Of a stretch of 64,000 nt of DNA, positions 63,101 to 64,000 are shown piece by piece (the first letter of the stretch is position 1; each line of letters starts with the position of its first letter). The DNA lies in assembly GCA_965644295.1 (NCBI GenBank), contig CBFFRP010000406.1, positions 310,001 to 374,000 on the forward strand. The letters run 5' to 3'. Source of the stretch: Paraphysomonas bandaiensis (taxonomy: Eukaryota; Protista; Chrysophyceae). Both the position numbers and the translations under genes were made by a program. The notes beneath the pieces are model-generated. The model was not told the DNA's origin, searched no databases, and saw only the letters and a list, made by a program, of their open reading frames with translations.

Positions 63101-64000
63101 CGTCACTACCAAGCTTATCAACATCCTCAGTGAGAATCGAGCTTACAACTGTATCAGTTGCTTTATCTAGATCGGACGCATAAAAAGCGTAGTCGAGTCT
63201 CCCTCCAGCTCGCATAAGATCAGCATCATCTCTTTGCAAGTGCTCTACGCGGTTGTGAATAGTGCGTAATAACTCTCCAATTGTATCATTATTGGCGGTG
63301 TTAGTTGATTTTATTTTACCAGGCTGATGAATATACAACGCTCTATCTAGAACTCCCTGCGCTAGCGAGCGTATACAGTGGTCATCAAAACTGCAAAGCT
63401 TGATATCAAACAGTCCACGAAATGATAGTAGCACATCAATCGCCTTCGAGATTCCATGTACATGTTTCTGCGTCGTCGCCATGTGTTTATCGACTACCTG
63501 TATATCTTGCGCTGACATTTTTAAGCTTTCTTTCATTTCATACACCAGTTTACGGTACTCTTGGTCGAGTTTCTTATTTTTCATATTGGTACTTGCATCC
63601 ATACGCAGGCACATATCCTCTGTAATTACAACTTGTCTTCGGACCATCACTGATATCTCCTGTGTGCCTTCCAAGAGTTCTCCTAATGCTTCCTGTACTA
63701 TTCCGTGCATTGTCTCAGAAAGCTGTTCCATGTCAAAAATTTTCGCAAGCAAAGGCACATCCGACCGGCGTTTGCGTGATACACTTCGAACAAGTTTTAT
63801 GATTCCCGCCACTTCTTCATTCCCACAGACACATGCATGCATGAGGTCGACGCACTGCATAGCAATCTCTAACGGAGCATCATGATCTCGTTGCAAACTT
63901 CGTAAGCGATTAATTGCAATAAAAACATTTCTGAATGCGTTGTTAATATATAGCGTCGTCAAGAGCCAATTCCCTTGACACTGCTGGAGCTGTGTAGTTG
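57192..64000 (-). CDS. Giant intronless coiled-coil-rich protein of unknown function, >2256 aa, 5'-truncated by the window
   Basis: 6.8-kb uninterrupted frame that stays open to base 64000 (TTQLQQCQGNWLL upstream of the listed TTG). Contains a heptad-repeat block and a short Gly-X-Y run. Confidence 0.88.
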   Translation of the reverse strand, partial: TTQLQQCQGNWLLTTLYINNAFRNVFIAINRLRSLQRDHDAPLEIAMQCVDLMHACVCGNEEVAGIIKLVRSVSRKRRSDVPLLAKIFDMEQLSETMHGIVQEALGELLEGTQEISVMVRRQVVITEDMCLRMDASTNMKNKKLDQEYRKLVYEMKESLKMSAQDIQVVDKHMATTQKHVHGISKAIDVLLSFRGLFDIKLCSFDDHCIRSLAQGVLDRALYIHQPGKIKSTNTANNDTIGELLRTIHNRVEHLQRDDADLMRAGGRLDYAFYASDLDKATDTVVSSILTEDVDKLGSDAPECLCCRYEMLVAKYIDHCGAVNEYLRKVTALYKIVERDSDSFADLKRLSSRGTDPVHFLRVNSTAAIDELSCHLHIFKVLLSHVSCCGEKKSKKFKSSKERPQKSKATNPPKKIGKNSISVSQVLKSVFSCGSKQTLDAVEDWATSQPGHIDTDTTRSIENGLERNGGAVTAKVVSTRFQPEFSLPTVVNGIILRIEATKQVFGTEIDVPDTSNVKHTTVKCADGTPDEFNAADKHIDTDNDKEFADDLDQENLLHFSHHLKLQDTAYSSHCNCEYGREVGNGCMSDKCFVHKCLPLIGSVLEGLAKTMNMLGKCLAKNVEDSGLVKVLRDNAVDPLPIEETDCNPNQHLESVQMKEIPRILSTAMLCLYVARQFADLSLSEDFFCVQNLISTLETVMLDYHRDIKNEKSLRVLRMNERRKVAACESLRNESDHVGRMVTSLHFASYALGYMEGVTSRIVDESNCGDIRNGSLEFCKPDSITEVEGANRSTAQALSDVASLEWAQALSGLIINFSGADRAMSLVRQGMKLLFGPGSKPERVEEAGISASVEIEVYLRSMLRVDTSMDSSLMLKIEDMLRRMSLQTTMARASSGNARVQRLLAQDNCAALVEYSAAENWSHVEETVMNGYHNDLLEYENVRVSLQEVNQSRQDAVFEEGKNGNSAFNAFLDALPTVLDSTIIENCIASTVDLCDTLTGKNCGVAGRMPSILSKLRRIRKDVEVSKGMSQIIVEKMDPRKIDSEGSYILRQVFYKPEGEWLLDPRGFDYPTEYFAKYKIEGAKGRNDNWVSGLPYCHNWQSMGNILFGRLVEIERALKRLNMRKGDNTVHQYDTSSSDHEEALEKINHKLNSLEHKLSGKQVIDVVMSQLTDILNIVSVRDNNTKVINKLAHTVDIIRRMIEERMGDDFTEEILDKMAQGFKGMKMQLQELNNITTDSTSTIHEGIEDARKEVQCFRKEFEENCGVVAASDQSTRDIITESREAIIASVADTHRVVVAGEDFLREVSSQINSAVNNCHSAEMTAISTIKDGVNSQLEDVHSTLKEQHSVLRTDIEGSIVHTTEEGVKIVDAVDRGFAVVSSRIDSFLPGQNDLASLIESKATETVTEVQKLHESSTSQLLNQVQTVHTATTTGNQYLNGLHSLVETQHKDLMETIISTCDKDSGRLAERIDAVGDRVQSVGEKVQTIGDGMQSMGDRVQSVGEKVQTIGDGMQSMGDKVQSVGDNVQSVGESMQLMGDRVQSVGEKVQTIGDDMQSIGDKVQSVGESMQSIVDVTTASRELIAQLAVDMQSNFDAIKIAISGMNHSVNPNGHIPHIDDIRDSLKNILVALQGMKGSTQEDLKKFYQNIEGLLQSQKKNYIWNIFKREPQISPGTPSPPSSVNLDPHFEKLAKGQSEMKSDLNSIGELTSSILEKIDGIGSDESDGSLASAMRDLSHVVIDVRESQADILKYLAAMQGGTAPLELPHHDLNLSSTNTMLQQSLEQLSLLRISVDNIPQVILSTSGLGEIRDMLERIPPSMLDFTQRLNVLQGSVEAIPRTDYVERFKEVTKLLEVLKNKKAPEIDWTPITSELTKIKTLLHMMKLFSKQPAAEPDGGKGSNGTQGPKGDSGELGKKDSGGGDGPGSGGGGMDPTALEFLHERLSILENMLNKVVIRSDIEDITSDMSDIKVSIHSMYDTMGELKPEMEMQTRELKGSIDTVSSSVVGAFIPVVDKQTVQLKEYIERTKTTAPDVASEIRNITEELTLNIKTMKEEFVGTLRPEIQQLSKEIIKKIESIVIPPIVIPDDEPTGSGDHVTVLRDILSRINVLLRRSESGSDDVMKEMQTINITLDEIKRLAKENRCRIKDNEVKATKEDRPPRRRKSSDKRIIDEEKESEEDASHRKTRPHSAQHDDHLNSRPKSSSRPTTAGSKGSTWRNRQSLTSSKKGDNDVLGEQWAAPPTELNKGVKFGGEERFKLGKTASKAVRTF
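59290..59590 (-). repeat. Coding tandem repeat of 21-bp units with 63-bp higher-order period, encoding (V/M)Q(S/T)(V/I/M)G(D/E)x heptads
   Basis: Repeated ACTGATTGCACT(C/T)TATCTCCC and ATTGTTTGCACTTTTTCTCCA. Protein VQSVGEK-VQTIGDG-MQSMGDR repeated. Confidence 0.9.

Noticed and set aside
1009-63885. Many short antisense or overlapping ORFs in the track
   Set aside because: Shadow frames of the real genes with no independent motifs.

Overview
Gene-dense eukaryotic nuclear DNA (about 40% GC) with many short, mostly 40-70 nt GT-AG introns, so the ORF track splits most genes. A full-length silicon transporter (SIT) and the gene style point to a silicifying stramenopile, most plausibly a chrysophyte (inference). 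About 19 protein-coding genes can be reconstructed by eye: PheRS beta, an F-BAR protein, SIT, DGAT2, a degenerate MHYT membrane protein, an ankyrin protein, PP2C, a two-pore-channel-like protein with a C-terminal cyclic-nucleotide-binding domain, TFIIH p34/Tfb4, a PIH1 protein, a DHHC palmitoyltransferase, a laminin-IV-like secreted protein, a folate-receptor-like protein, a tesmin/CRC protein, dynein light intermediate chain, three unknowns and an intronless >2256-aa coiled-coil ORF running off the window edge. Intergenic DNA holds a non-autonomous hAT element (TIRs plus 8-bp TSD) and two more hAT relics, a deleted pogo/Tigger element abutting a ~490-bp (TATG)n tract, a MITE-like hairpin and a fold-back DUF6818-like pseudogene. 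The most novel-looking items are: (1) an unclassified ~450-500 bp non-coding repeat family (8 copies or fragments) with one sharply defined end (...GAGTCCGACTTTGTTGAGG), no clear TIR or TSD, and 7 of 8 copies co-oriented downstream of gene 3' ends; (2) clusters of the palindrome GTATAC marking gene 5' regions; (3) the TPC-CNBD fusion channel. All calls come from reading the sequence; no searches were run.
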